Assembly: GCA_051418015.1 (NCBI GenBank)
Contig: JBPRGF010000033.1
Location: forward strand, 64,001-128,000
From: Candidatus Nitrospinota bacterium M3_3B_026
GTDB taxonomy: Bacteria; Nitrospinota_A; UBA7883; JBPRGF01
DNA length: 64,000 bases
Direction: 5' to 3'
Positions 48,475 through 57,466 of this stretch are shown piece by piece; position 1 is the first letter of the stretch; each line of letters opens with the position of its first letter. The translations under genes were made by a program, and so were the position numbers. Below the pieces are notes generated by a model. It saw only the letters and a list, made by a program, of their open reading frames with translations. It was not told the origin of the DNA and did no database searches.

Positions 48475-49813
48475 CCGTCTCCTCCTCTTCGCCTAAGGCG
48501 CGCCGCGCCAGGCGGCGGCCCATCGTCATCGCCTCGTCCATGAATATATAGCGAAAAAACCCCTGCCGCCCCAGCGTGTCGAGGTTTTTCATCCTCCGGA
48601 CGGCGCCGAGGAGGCTCTCCACCCGCTCTTTGTATCCAAGCTCGTACCTGGGATAAGCGTTTTCGGCGTATGTCGAGAAAAAGCCCGTCACATGCCAGGC
48701 CATGTCGAGACCAAGTTTTTTCAGGTCCTTCAGCGCGATATCGAGCAGCGCCTCATCCGGCATGGACCACGTCTTGTCCCCTGCCTGGCATGGTATCTCC
48801 AGCATGACGGAGGTCCGCCCCGGTGGGGCGCTCTCCGGGCTCCTGCGCTTGGGCTCCTGCACGCGGGTCATGATAACGTCCGGCTCCGGCGTGTACATCC
48901 ACGTGTTGGGGGAGAGGTCCTCGACGCCGGAGAGGGTGACGTTCAAAAATCGCAGGGCGCGCCAGGGGAGGGCGGGCGCGCCGGGGTCTATCATGGAGGC
49001 GAGCCTGTCCAGCGGGATGGTCGAGAGAACATTCCGGGCGCCGAAGGGCTCCATCGCGCCGTCCTTGTGGCGGATCACGACCTCCTCGATCCGTCCATCG
49101 CGCGTTTTAAGCGACACGGCCTCCGCACAGGTCACGACCCGCCCGCCGAGCCTTTCGATCTCGCCCGCCATTATCTCGAATATCTCGCCTATGCCGCCCC
49201 TGGGATAGAGGTACTTGGCGGCGTAGGTCCTCGGCCTTTTCCCGGAGATTTTAAGCGCCTTGAGGACGGCGTCTTTCGCGTTGAGCAGGGATATCCTCCT
49301 GCCCGCCCAGTCCGCGGAGAGGCGCGAGGCGGGGATGCCCCACAGCTTCTCCGTGTACGGCTTGAAGAATAACTCGTTCAGCGGTCTGCCGAACCGGCGG
49401 TCTATCCACGCCTCGAACGACTCTTCCGGCGCGGGGGAGTGATACAACCCTGTGGCGGAGGCGAGGTAGCCCGCGGCGAACCTTGCGCTCATCCACGGGC
49501 CGGACTTGGAGAGGACATCCCCGATGTTTATCGGGTAGCAGTACTCCCTGTCGGCGAAGCGTATGACGCTTTTGCGGTCGCGGACGAGCAGCCGATCGCC
49601 CATGAGCGCCTTCACGTCCTCCACCAGCCGCCGGTCGGCGGAGATGAAGCGATGGCCGCCAAGGTCGAACTGGTATCCTCCGCGCTTTATCGTTTTGCAA
49701 AGGCCGCCGACGGCGCTGTCTTTTTCAACGACCGTGGCGTGGACGCCTCTTCTCAAAAACTCCCACGCCGCCGTCAGCCCGCAGGGGCCCGCGCCAAGGA
49801 TCAGGACGCTCAT
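48422..49813 (-). CDS. FAD-dependent oxidoreductase (HemY/UDP-galactopyranose-mutase-like)
   Basis: GAGPCG dinucleotide fold; VGGLC, FDLGGHRF, YTEKLWG, YPRGGIG, GRQG.F.Y..MD. Confidence 0.85.
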   Translation of the reverse strand: MSVLILGAGPCGLTAAWEFLRRGVHATVVEKDSAVGGLCKTIKRGGYQFDLGGHRFISADRRLVEDVKALMGDRLLVRDRKSVIRFADREYCYPINIGDVLSKSGPWMSARFAAGYLASATGLYHSPAPEESFEAWIDRRFGRPLNELFFKPYTEKLWGIPASRLSADWAGRRISLLNAKDAVLKALKISGKRPRTYAAKYLYPRGGIGEIFEIMAGEIERLGGRVVTCAEAVSLKTRDGRIEEVVIRHKDGAMEPFGARNVLSTIPLDRLASMIDPGAPALPWRALRFLNVTLSGVEDLSPNTWMYTPEPDVIMTRVQEPKRRSPESAPPGRTSVMLEIPCQAGDKTWSMPDEALLDIALKDLKKLGLDMAWHVTGFFSTYAENAYPRYELGYKERVESLLGAVRRMKNLDTLGRQGFFRYIFMDEAMTMGRRLARRALGEEEETDEPGGGEGVIEAGSVAV

Positions 49814-49820
49814 GGCCGCC

Positions 49821-50897
49821 TTACCAATGGGCCACCACCTGGACGGCGGCGGCGTTGTTGTCTATTTCCTCCCCCTCCTCGGTGTTCCACTGGTACTCCG
49901 CCTTCACCTGGACGTTTTCGAGAGCATGCCACACGACCCCCGCGGAGGTCTCCGTCCTCTTGTTGTCCTGGGCCTCCTTGTCGTTGTCATATTCCCCGTA
50001 GCGGGCGACGATCTCCACGCCGCCTATGACCATGGAGCTTGCCTGGACATAGAAACCCTCCACGTCCCTGTCCTCCCCCTCCACGGCGGAGGCGGCCTTG
50101 TCGGCGCCGGCTGTGTACTCGGCGATCAGGACCGGCGCCCAGGTTGCGCCGAAAATCCTGTCGGAGTCCATTCTAATATGCGCGCCGTAGCGGGTCGACT
50201 CGTTCTCGGAGTTTTCGTCCCATTCTCCCGTGACGATGGAGAACCCCGCGTTGAGCCCCTCCACGATGCCGTCGATCATCAGCCGCGCCCCGGCGCTCTT
50301 GGAGTCGTTGCCGCCGGACTTGTTGTCGCGGGAGATGCCGCCGCCATAGGCGTCGCCGTTTACGTAGTAGAGATCCGCCTGGCCGAAGCCTGAGAAGACC
50401 TGGTTTATCCCCACGCCGACGTCCGACCATGTGCCGGGGATGATCCCGCCGCTCTTGAACGCCTTCGGGCGGGTGACGAGCTTGTTCTTGTGTCCGGGGT
50501 AGCTGAGATACTCTATCCCGAAGGGGACATAGAAGGCGCCCATGTAGAGCGTGGTCTTGTCGATCGGGGTCAGGCGCAGCTGGGCGGAATCTAGCTTGAT
50601 CTCTCCGGAGCCCAGGCCCGGGGCGTGCTCGTACTCGATTTCGGACGACAGGAACGCCTTGTCGCTTAGTTTTATGCCCATCCATACGGTTATCTTGTGG
50701 GCGTCGAAGGTTGTGTTCGCGTCTTCCGCGTCCCAGTACTCGAACTCGTAGTAGCCGTGCCACTGGACCTTTTCGTCCGTCGGCGGCGCCACGAGGGAGA
50801 CGTCGAAGGCCGGCTCCTGCGCGTTCGCGCCGCCTGTGAGGAAGGCGGCGGCTGATATGAATATGAATGTCATTCTCATCATGCTATTGCGAATCAT
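49821..50897 (-). CDS. Outer-membrane porin-like beta-barrel
   Basis: GGAGG RBS; signal peptide; SEIEYEHA, G.FYVPFG, W.DVG; terminal aromatic (VAHW). Confidence 0.75.
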   Translation of the reverse strand: MIRNSMMRMTFIFISAAAFLTGGANAQEPAFDVSLVAPPTDEKVQWHGYYEFEYWDAEDANTTFDAHKITVWMGIKLSDKAFLSSEIEYEHAPGLGSGEIKLDSAQLRLTPIDKTTLYMGAFYVPFGIEYLSYPGHKNKLVTRPKAFKSGGIIPGTWSDVGVGINQVFSGFGQADLYYVNGDAYGGGISRDNKSGGNDSKSAGARLMIDGIVEGLNAGFSIVTGEWDENSENESTRYGAHIRMDSDRIFGATWAPVLIAEYTAGADKAASAVEGEDRDVEGFYVQASSMVIGGVEIVARYGEYDNDKEAQDNKRTETSAGVVWHALENVQVKAEYQWNTEEGEEIDNNAAAVQVVAHW

Positions 50898-50960
50898 CTT
50901 TCCTCCTGTCAGTGAATAACGTTTAAAAGAGAATCCCAAGCGTCCCCGGCGCGGCGGCCT

Positions 50961-51578
50961 TCACCGCTTGAAGCCGGGGAACGATTTTTCGATCAGCCCC
51001 TCTATTTTTTCGACCGCCTCCTTGTAGGCGGCAGGGTCCGGCGGCCTCGCCCCGACGCCGAAAAGGCCGGGGTTTCCGAGCGCCGCGAGGGCCTTGTCGA
51101 ACCTCTCGAGTATCGCTGCGCTCCGGGCCGGGTCCTGTTTCTTCACGTTGGCGTCGAGTGTGTCCATATAGCTTGTGCGCGCCATTTGCAGCCTGGCCCG
51201 CAGGCTTTTATGGTTTGTGAAGCCCTCCTTGACGTTCCGGTGAAGTTTTTCTCTTATCGAAAGATAAACGAGATTCGCAAAAAGCTCCGCTGTTTTCTCG
51301 ACGCTCCTGCTTTCGATGGCCTTGTCGAAGCGCGGCCTTAGAAAATCCGCCTCGAAGATATGCCCTTTCTGGAGGGCGATCCCCTCGTTTACGTTCTTTT
51401 CGACAACGCCCCAGTCTCCCCCCCTTGCCGCCGCGACGGTGTTCTTGAACAGCGCGGCCATCGGGTCTTCCTTCTGGGCGTATGAATAGCCGAGGGCAGG
51501 GGAGGCGGAAAGAGACCCCATCACCAGGACGGCGTATACGGCCGCGAAGATCAGCCCGTCCATCAGCGAGTTACGCAT
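50961..51578 (-). CDS. Exported helical protein of unknown function (FTR1-associated)
   Basis: Signal peptide; mature start YSYAQKEDP; 'ALGNPGLFGVG'; overlaps the FTR1 stop. Confidence 0.7.
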   Translation of the reverse strand: MRNSLMDGLIFAAVYAVLVMGSLSASPALGYSYAQKEDPMAALFKNTVAAARGGDWGVVEKNVNEGIALQKGHIFEADFLRPRFDKAIESRSVEKTAELFANLVYLSIREKLHRNVKEGFTNHKSLRARLQMARTSYMDTLDANVKKQDPARSAAILERFDKALAALGNPGLFGVGARPPDPAAYKEAVEKIEGLIEKSFPGFKR

Positions 51579-52395
51579 ATTTTTTCTTCCCTCCGAAAAG
51601 ATCGTCGCTGAAAAGGAAAAGGGAGATAGCGAGCAGGTATCCGACATAGACCGCCACCTGCAGCAGGGTGGGGGAGGATGTATAGCCGAACAGCGCCTTG
51701 AAGAATATCCCCACCTCCGAGGAGTCCTCCATCAGCCAGCTTATGTCGAAAAGGGTGTCCTTCATGACAGGCAGGAGGTTTATGTCCTGCATTATCCCGG
51801 TCATGTTCGTAAGCAGCCCCGCGGCGATGAGGACAACCAGGCCCCCGGTTATCTTGAAGAAAAGGCTGATGGGCAGCCTCCTCATGCCGGTAAAGATTAT
51901 GTATGTCACGCCAAGAGCGAGCGCCAGGCCAAGGAGTCCGCCGTAGAGGACATCAGATCCCATCATCCCGCCATAGAGGGCGCCGAGGAAAAGGACCGTC
52001 TCGAACCCCTCCCGCAGAATGGCCAGGTAGGCCATGAAGGTGAGCGTCAGGACGCTGCCGGAGCCGACGGCCCTGTCGAGCTTTCTCTCGACATCGCCCT
52101 TGATGGCGCGGGCGTTCCTGCTCATCCAGACAACCATGTAGGAAAGGACCGGGACCGCGAAACCCATGATCCCTATCTTTATATAAAGCTGGGAAGCCGC
52201 GCTCGAAAAGCCGGTGAGCAGCAACTGGAAGACTAGCGCCAGGAGGAACGCCGTGACCAGACCGAGGCCCACTCCCGTAAAGACCCACTTGAAATGGCGC
52301 CGGAGGCCAACTCGCGAAAGGTATGAAAGGATGATCCCCACCACCAGGAAGGCTTCCAGCCCCTCCCTCAACGTTATCAGAAGACTTCCGGTCAT
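51571..52395 (-). CDS. FTR1/EfeU-family iron permease
   Basis: Two REXXE motifs (REGLE, REGFE); about 7 TMs; ALFGY. Confidence 0.93.
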   Translation of the reverse strand: MTGSLLITLREGLEAFLVVGIILSYLSRVGLRRHFKWVFTGVGLGLVTAFLLALVFQLLLTGFSSAASQLYIKIGIMGFAVPVLSYMVVWMSRNARAIKGDVERKLDRAVGSGSVLTLTFMAYLAILREGFETVLFLGALYGGMMGSDVLYGGLLGLALALGVTYIIFTGMRRLPISLFFKITGGLVVLIAAGLLTNMTGIMQDINLLPVMKDTLFDISWLMEDSSEVGIFFKALFGYTSSPTLLQVAVYVGYLLAISLFLFSDDLFGGKKKYA

Positions 52396-52444
52396 TGTGC
52401 ACCCCTCTACTAAAAGTACGACACGCGCCCCCGCGCGCCATTAA

Positions 52445-52479
52445 TGATAATGAATATCAAAACCAAAAACCCCTGTCAA
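52445..52479 (-). promoter_or_regulatory. Fur box overlapping a sigma70 promoter for the FTR1 operon
   Basis: TGATAAT-G-AATATCA (52445-52459) has one mismatch to the 7-1-7 consensus TGATAATnATTATCA; TTGACA on the - strand at 52474-52479. Confidence 0.8.
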
Positions 52480-52777
52480 CAGAAATCATCAAAATTTTTC
52501 AAAAAAATTCTTCCCGGCCTATCGTCTGCGGCAAAGCTTTGTTTATCAGGGACATACGTTGGAGCCGCCCGACGTGGCGTTAACCGGGATACTTTGCGTT
52601 GCATGACATTGCTGAGCCCGGAGCGAGATTCTTTACTGGCGCTGCGGGGCAATCGGGGTGTATGGGACATCCCCGCATCGCCTGCGGTGACGATCCGCCG
52701 GGTTGCGCGGGTTTGCTGTTAACATAAACGTATGGGCAGGAGAGAGCCGAAGATGCTATAAAAAAGATGGCGTCCTT

Positions 52778-53368
52778 ATGAACAAACTGCTGTTGCACGT
52801 CTGCTGCGCTCCCTGCTCGCCATACGTGGTGGACAGGCTCAGGGGAGACTACGCCATAACCCTCTATTTTTACAACCCGAACATCCATCCCGTGGACGAG
52901 TATTTTCTTCGGTTCGAGCAGCTTCGCAGTTGGGCGGAGCGCGAGGGTCTGCCGCTTGTCGCCGAAGAGTACGGCGCCGGGGACTGGTTCGAGGCCGTCC
53001 GGGGCCTGGAGAACGAGCCGGAACGGGGCGCGCGTTGCGGGGTCTGCTTCGAGCTTCGCCTCTCCCGCGCCGCCGCGAAGGCCTCGGAGCTGGGATTCGA
53101 CGCTTTTGGGACAGTGCTGACCGTCTCCCCCCACAAGGAAGCGGCGGTGATAAACAGCGTAGGCGCGAAAGCGGGGGTGAAAGAGGGCGTCGAGTACCTG
53201 GTGTCGGACTGGAAGAAAAAAGAGGGGTTCAAGATAACCTCCCGGATGAGCCGCGAACTCGGCTTCGAAAGGCAGGACTACTGCGGCTGCGTCTACAGCA
53301 TGAAGGATCGAGCCATCCGGAGAGCCGCGCCGAAGCGCCCCACCCGTCCGCCGGGCCCTGACGGCTGA
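52778..53368 (+). CDS. queH: Epoxyqueuosine reductase QueH (DUF208)
   Basis: LLLHVCCAPC, FYNPNIHP, EPERGARC..C...RL, SPHK, RQDYCGC.YS. Confidence 0.92.
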   Translation: MNKLLLHVCCAPCSPYVVDRLRGDYAITLYFYNPNIHPVDEYFLRFEQLRSWAEREGLPLVAEEYGAGDWFEAVRGLENEPERGARCGVCFELRLSRAAAKASELGFDAFGTVLTVSPHKEAAVINSVGAKAGVKEGVEYLVSDWKKKEGFKITSRMSRELGFERQDYCGCVYSMKDRAIRRAAPKRPTRPPGPDG

Positions 53369-53435
53369 GAAATTTTATCCTCTGGAAAACAAAAGAGTTA
53401 TATGCGCCGCCTCCATATGCGCCCCTTCCGCGGCC

Positions 53436-53464
53436 TTGACAACGGCGCCACCGGCGCCCATACT
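53436..53464 (+). promoter_or_regulatory. sigma70 promoter for the kamA-like/fumarase unit
   Basis: TTGACA-N17-CATACT. Confidence 0.6.
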
Positions 53465-53645
53465 AGTCGTGCGTTTCACGGTCATGAAACACATCCGGGC
53501 GCGGCGAAGGCTTTTAGAAAAAGAGGCAGAGGCGGCCCGCCCGGTTTTCGAAACTAAATCCAGGTCCTCCCAACTGAATGTGTTGGCGTGTCTCCTCCCG
53601 GGGACTCAGGACTCGCTTTGTCGAAAATAACCGAGAGGGAGTTGG

Positions 53646-54803
53646 ATGAGCCTTAAAAAGCCCAAGTACATAACGAAGCTTGAGAGGGTTCCGGAGCTTT
53701 GCGCCGACGAGAGGCGGGAGCTTGAGCCGGTGGCTGAAAGATACGCGTTCCGCGCCAATGACTATTATAACTCCCTTATAGACTGGAACGACCCGGCCGA
53801 CCCCATCCGCAGGATAATAATGCCCCAGGCGGGCGAACTGGACGCGTGGGGCGGCCTGGACCCTTCCAACGAGGAGGCCTACACAAAAGCTCCCGGCCTC
53901 CAGCACAAGTACAGGTACACCGCCCTGCTGCTGGTGAACGACGTCTGCGGCGGATACTGCAGGTTCTGCTTCAGAAAGCGGTTGTTCATGGATATCAATG
54001 ACGAGGTGACGCGGGATGTCTCCGAGGGGCTTGAGTATATAAAGAGAAACGGGGAGATAAACAACGTCCTGCTTACCGGGGGCGACCCGCTGGTCATGTC
54101 CACGGCCAAGCTCGAAGGCATAATAGAAAAACTCAGGCGCATAGACCACGTGAAGATCATAAGGATAGGCTCGAAAATCCCGGCCTTCAATCCTTTCAGG
54201 ATAATCAACGACGGCGAGCTGCTGGAGATGTTCGCAAGGCACAGCCATGACGACAGGAAGATATATCTCATGGCCCATTTCAACCATCCCAGGGAGCTTA
54301 CCGCCGAGGCCGTGAAGGCCATGAACATGCTGCGCCGGGCGGGCGTCGTGGTGGTGAACCAGACGCCGCTTCTGAGAGGGATAAACAGCAACCCGTCTGT
54401 CCTGGGGGAGCTTTTCAACAGGCTCTCTTACATCGGCGTGACGCCTTACTACGTTTTCCAGTGCCGTCCCACGGCGGGAAACAAGATGTTCTTCCTGCCG
54501 ATGGAGAAGTCCTACGAGATATTCGAGAGAGCCCGCGCCATGGGGTCTGGTCTTGCCAAAAGGGCCAGGTTCGTCATATCCCACGCCACTGGGAAGATAG
54601 AGATCGTCGGCAGGGCCGAGGGGAGGATTTTCCTGCGCTACCACCGCGCCGCGGACGATGGAGGGGAGGGCAGGTTCCTGATCCTGAAAAGCAACCCGGA
54701 CGCCTATTGGCCGGACGACTACGATGACTTCGCGGCCGAAAAACCGGGGATGGACAGGCGCAGAAGGACGCGCCGCCCGGCCAGCGTCTCCTTCATTTCC
54801 TAA
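53646..54803 (+). CDS. KamA-family radical SAM protein (lysine 2,3-aminomutase-like)
   Basis: DPIRRIIMP, GLQHKY, CGGYCRFCFRKR, LLTGGDPL, HFNHPRE, NQTPLLRGIN, PYYVFQCRP. Confidence 0.9.
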   Translation: MSLKKPKYITKLERVPELCADERRELEPVAERYAFRANDYYNSLIDWNDPADPIRRIIMPQAGELDAWGGLDPSNEEAYTKAPGLQHKYRYTALLLVNDVCGGYCRFCFRKRLFMDINDEVTRDVSEGLEYIKRNGEINNVLLTGGDPLVMSTAKLEGIIEKLRRIDHVKIIRIGSKIPAFNPFRIINDGELLEMFARHSHDDRKIYLMAHFNHPRELTAEAVKAMNMLRRAGVVVVNQTPLLRGINSNPSVLGELFNRLSYIGVTPYYVFQCRPTAGNKMFFLPMEKSYEIFERARAMGSGLAKRARFVISHATGKIEIVGRAEGRIFLRYHRAADDGGEGRFLILKSNPDAYWPDDYDDFAAEKPGMDRRRRTRRPASVSFIS

Positions 54804-54855
54804 AGAACGGACAGCCCCCGGCGCGGGAAGAAAACACGCGGAGCTTGAGGAGAAG

Positions 54856-55695
54856 GTGAGACAGATAGAGACGTCACGGATCACCGAGGCGGTCCGCGAC
54901 ATGTGCATGGACGCGAACTACGACCTCGGCGAGGACGTCATAAAAGCCTTCGAACGCGGGCTTGAGACCGAAGAGTCCCTCACCGGCAAGGCTGTTTTCG
55001 ACGCTCTTTTGAAAAACGCCGAGATAGCCAGAACCGAAAAAGTCCCCATGTGTCAGGACACGGGCTTCGCCGTGATATTCGTCGAGATCGGGCAGGACGC
55101 GCACGTCGTCGGCGGGTCGCTGGCCGACGCCATAAACGAAGGCGTCCGGCAGGGATACGAGCAGGGTTACCTGCGCAAATCGATCTGCGATCCCTTCACC
55201 CGCCAGAACACGGGGGACAATACCCCCGCCGTCATAATTACCGATATAGTTGAAGGCGACAAACTCAAAATAACCGTCGCGCCGAAGGGGGGAGGGTCGG
55301 AGAACATGGCCCGCGTGACGATGCTGACCCCGTCCGGCGGCAAGCAGGCGGTGATGGATTTCATCGTTCAGCGGTGCCAGGAGGCCGGATCGAACCCCTG
55401 CCCGCCGGTGATAGTCGGCGCGTGCATAGGGGGGACGCCGGAGAAAGCGGCGATCCTCGCCAAGAAGGCGCTGCTGCGCCCCGCCGGGGAGCCTAGCCCC
55501 GACCCGGAGCTCGCCTCGATGGAGCGGGAGCTTCTGACGAGGATAAACAACCTCGGCATGGGGCCGCAGGGGCTCGGCGGGCGGGTCTTCGCGCTGGCCG
55601 TTCATCTTGAAAAACACCCGTGCCACATAGCCACCCTGCCGCTGGCGGTGAACATCTGCTGCCACGCCAGCCGCCACAAGGAGATCGTCCTGTGA
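54856..55695 (+). CDS. Class I (Fe-S) fumarate hydratase / tartrate dehydratase alpha subunit
   Basis: PMCQDTG, GYLRKS, PKGGGSEN, NPCPP, GPQGLGG, CHIA.LP, CHASRH. GTG start with GAGGAG RBS. Confidence 0.92.
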   Translation: MRQIETSRITEAVRDMCMDANYDLGEDVIKAFERGLETEESLTGKAVFDALLKNAEIARTEKVPMCQDTGFAVIFVEIGQDAHVVGGSLADAINEGVRQGYEQGYLRKSICDPFTRQNTGDNTPAVIITDIVEGDKLKITVAPKGGGSENMARVTMLTPSGGKQAVMDFIVQRCQEAGSNPCPPVIVGACIGGTPEKAAILAKKALLRPAGEPSPDPELASMERELLTRINNLGMGPQGLGGRVFALAVHLEKHPCHIATLPLAVNICCHASRHKEIVL

Positions 55696-56252
55696 GCGAA
55701 GGGGTAATAAAAATAACCACCCCGCTGGCGGACGATGTTGTTGAGGGCCTGAAGGCGGGGGACCAGGTGAGCATATCGGGCGAGCTTTACACCGCCCGCG
55801 ACGCGGCCCATAAAAGGCTCGTCGCGCTGCTCGACGAGGGCAAGGAGCTGCCCTTCGATATCAGCGGCGCGGTGATCTACTACGTCGGGCCTTCACCCGC
55901 GAAGCCGGGGAAGGTGGTCGGCTCCGCCGGGCCGACGACCAGCTACCGGATGGACGCCTACGCCCCGCGACTGATGGAAGCCGGGATGAGGGGGATGATC
56001 GGCAAGGGCAAGCGCTCGAAGGATGTCGTCGACGCCATGGTCAAGAGCAAGGCGGTCTACTTCGCGGCCATAGGCGGCGCGGCGGCCCTCATCGCCCGGT
56101 CGATAAAGAGCGTGGAGATCATCGCCTACGAAGACCTCGGCCCGGAGGCTGTCCGCCGCATGGTGGTGGAGGATTTCCAGGCGGTGGTGATAAACGACGT
56201 CCACGGCGCCGATCTTTACGAGATGGGGCAGGCCAGATACAGGATCGCCTGA
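55692..56252 (+). CDS. Class I fumarate hydratase beta subunit
   Basis: TARDAAHKR, YYVGP, GPTTS.RMD, MIGKG, DLGPEA. Confidence 0.92.
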   Translation: MSEGVIKITTPLADDVVEGLKAGDQVSISGELYTARDAAHKRLVALLDEGKELPFDISGAVIYYVGPSPAKPGKVVGSAGPTTSYRMDAYAPRLMEAGMRGMIGKGKRSKDVVDAMVKSKAVYFAAIGGAAALIARSIKSVEIIAYEDLGPEAVRRMVVEDFQAVVINDVHGADLYEMGQARYRIA

Positions 56253-56281
56253 TCCCTCCCCGCCTTTCTCTTTTGCTCCTT

Positions 56282-56428
56282 TTCTCGAATTCGGGAACCC
56301 GGTTCTCTAACTTGAGAAAATTGTACCGAATAAACGCTGATGTCTTTTCGCCAATACCTGGTAATGCAATAAAAATCAAATCGTTAAAAGCATGCAACCG
56401 TTCGATGCGCTATGGCGCGAGAATTGCT
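56282..56428 (+). promoter_or_regulatory. sigma54 promoter with IHF site and upstream activator boxes
   Basis: TGGCGC-GAGAA-TTGCT (56413-56428); IHF consensus AATCAA-ATCG-TTA (56374-56386); TTCTC-N6-GGGAA (56282-56297) and TTCTC-N6-GAGAA (56303-56318). Confidence 0.8.
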
Positions 56429-56463
56429 TGCAGTAATTTATATCCTTAGATAGATCATTATTT

Positions 56464-57438
56464 ATGATGAGACGGAGTGGGGCGATTTTTCTGAAAATGG
56501 GCAAAGTCGCAGCGTTTGCCACACCTCTAATGTTGCTCGCCTGGGCAGGGTTTGCTTTTGCCGATGGATGGGCCTCCAACACCAAGGCGTCCAACACGGG
56601 CAGCATAGTCAACACGCGCCACAACATGACCATGAGCTACATACCCGGCGGCTGGGGCAACTGGATGGACTACGCCCGGAACAATTACGGCGAGGTGTGC
56701 GTCTATTGCCACACGCCCCACGGGGCGAACAGCCAGATCGACGCGCCGCTGTGGAACCGCACGAGCCCGGGCAACTCATACAACCTATATAATATACCGC
56801 TCACCTCAGGTCAGTCTCCCACCCAGCCGGGGGTGAACTCGCTTACGTGCCTTTCCTGCCACGACGGGACGGTGGCCATCGATTCGATCATAAACATGCC
56901 CACGACGCAGAGCACCGGGTACACCGGCAATTACCTTGCCGCGCAGGAGACGAGCCACAACGAAGCTTTTCTGGACGCCTGGACGAACCAGACGGGCAGC
57001 GGTGTAGACACCGAAGACCATGGCAAGATATGGAGCTCCGACTCCGGCCCAGGCTCCGGCCCTTACAACTGCAACAGGTGTCACTATGGAGGCAACCCGT
57101 GGGACATCCCCGCTTTCGAGATATTCACAATTGGCACAGACCTTCGCGACGACCATCCCGTCGGCGTGGAACTTCCAGACACGAACGTTTACGACTTCAA
57201 GGCGCCGACGGCGACTGACGGAACGCTTCAGTTTTTTGACCTGGACGGCGACAGCAGGGCGGACAACAACGAGGTCCGGTTCTATGACACCGGCGGCGGC
57301 TACGAGGTCGAGTGCGCATCGTGTCACGACCCCCACGGTGTCGAGTCCGCCGGGCCGGGAAGCGAGTTCATCCCGTCGTTTCTGCGCGTCAATAACAACA
57401 ACGCCTCGTCACTTTGCCTCACCTGTCATGACAAGTGA
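56464..57438 (+). CDS. OmcE-like pentaheme c-type cytochrome
   Basis: Signal peptide; NTRHNM, EVCVYCHTPH, PLWNR, CLSCHDG, CNRCH, GTDLRDDHPVG, VECASCHDPH, FLRV.N..S.LCLTCH.K. Confidence 0.9.
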   Translation: MMRRSGAIFLKMGKVAAFATPLMLLAWAGFAFADGWASNTKASNTGSIVNTRHNMTMSYIPGGWGNWMDYARNNYGEVCVYCHTPHGANSQIDAPLWNRTSPGNSYNLYNIPLTSGQSPTQPGVNSLTCLSCHDGTVAIDSIINMPTTQSTGYTGNYLAAQETSHNEAFLDAWTNQTGSGVDTEDHGKIWSSDSGPGSGPYNCNRCHYGGNPWDIPAFEIFTIGTDLRDDHPVGVELPDTNVYDFKAPTATDGTLQFFDLDGDSRADNNEVRFYDTGGGYEVECASCHDPHGVESAGPGSEFIPSFLRVNNNNASSLCLTCHDK

Positions 57439-57466
57439 ACTAGATATGCTGAAAAACCACGGTCAA

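Noticed and set aside
52553..52734. Assignment as 6S RNA, cobalamin riboswitch or c-di-GMP riboswitch
   Set aside because: The size fits 6S, but I could not identify the conserved sequence blocks of any of these families. Kept only as an unassigned candidate.
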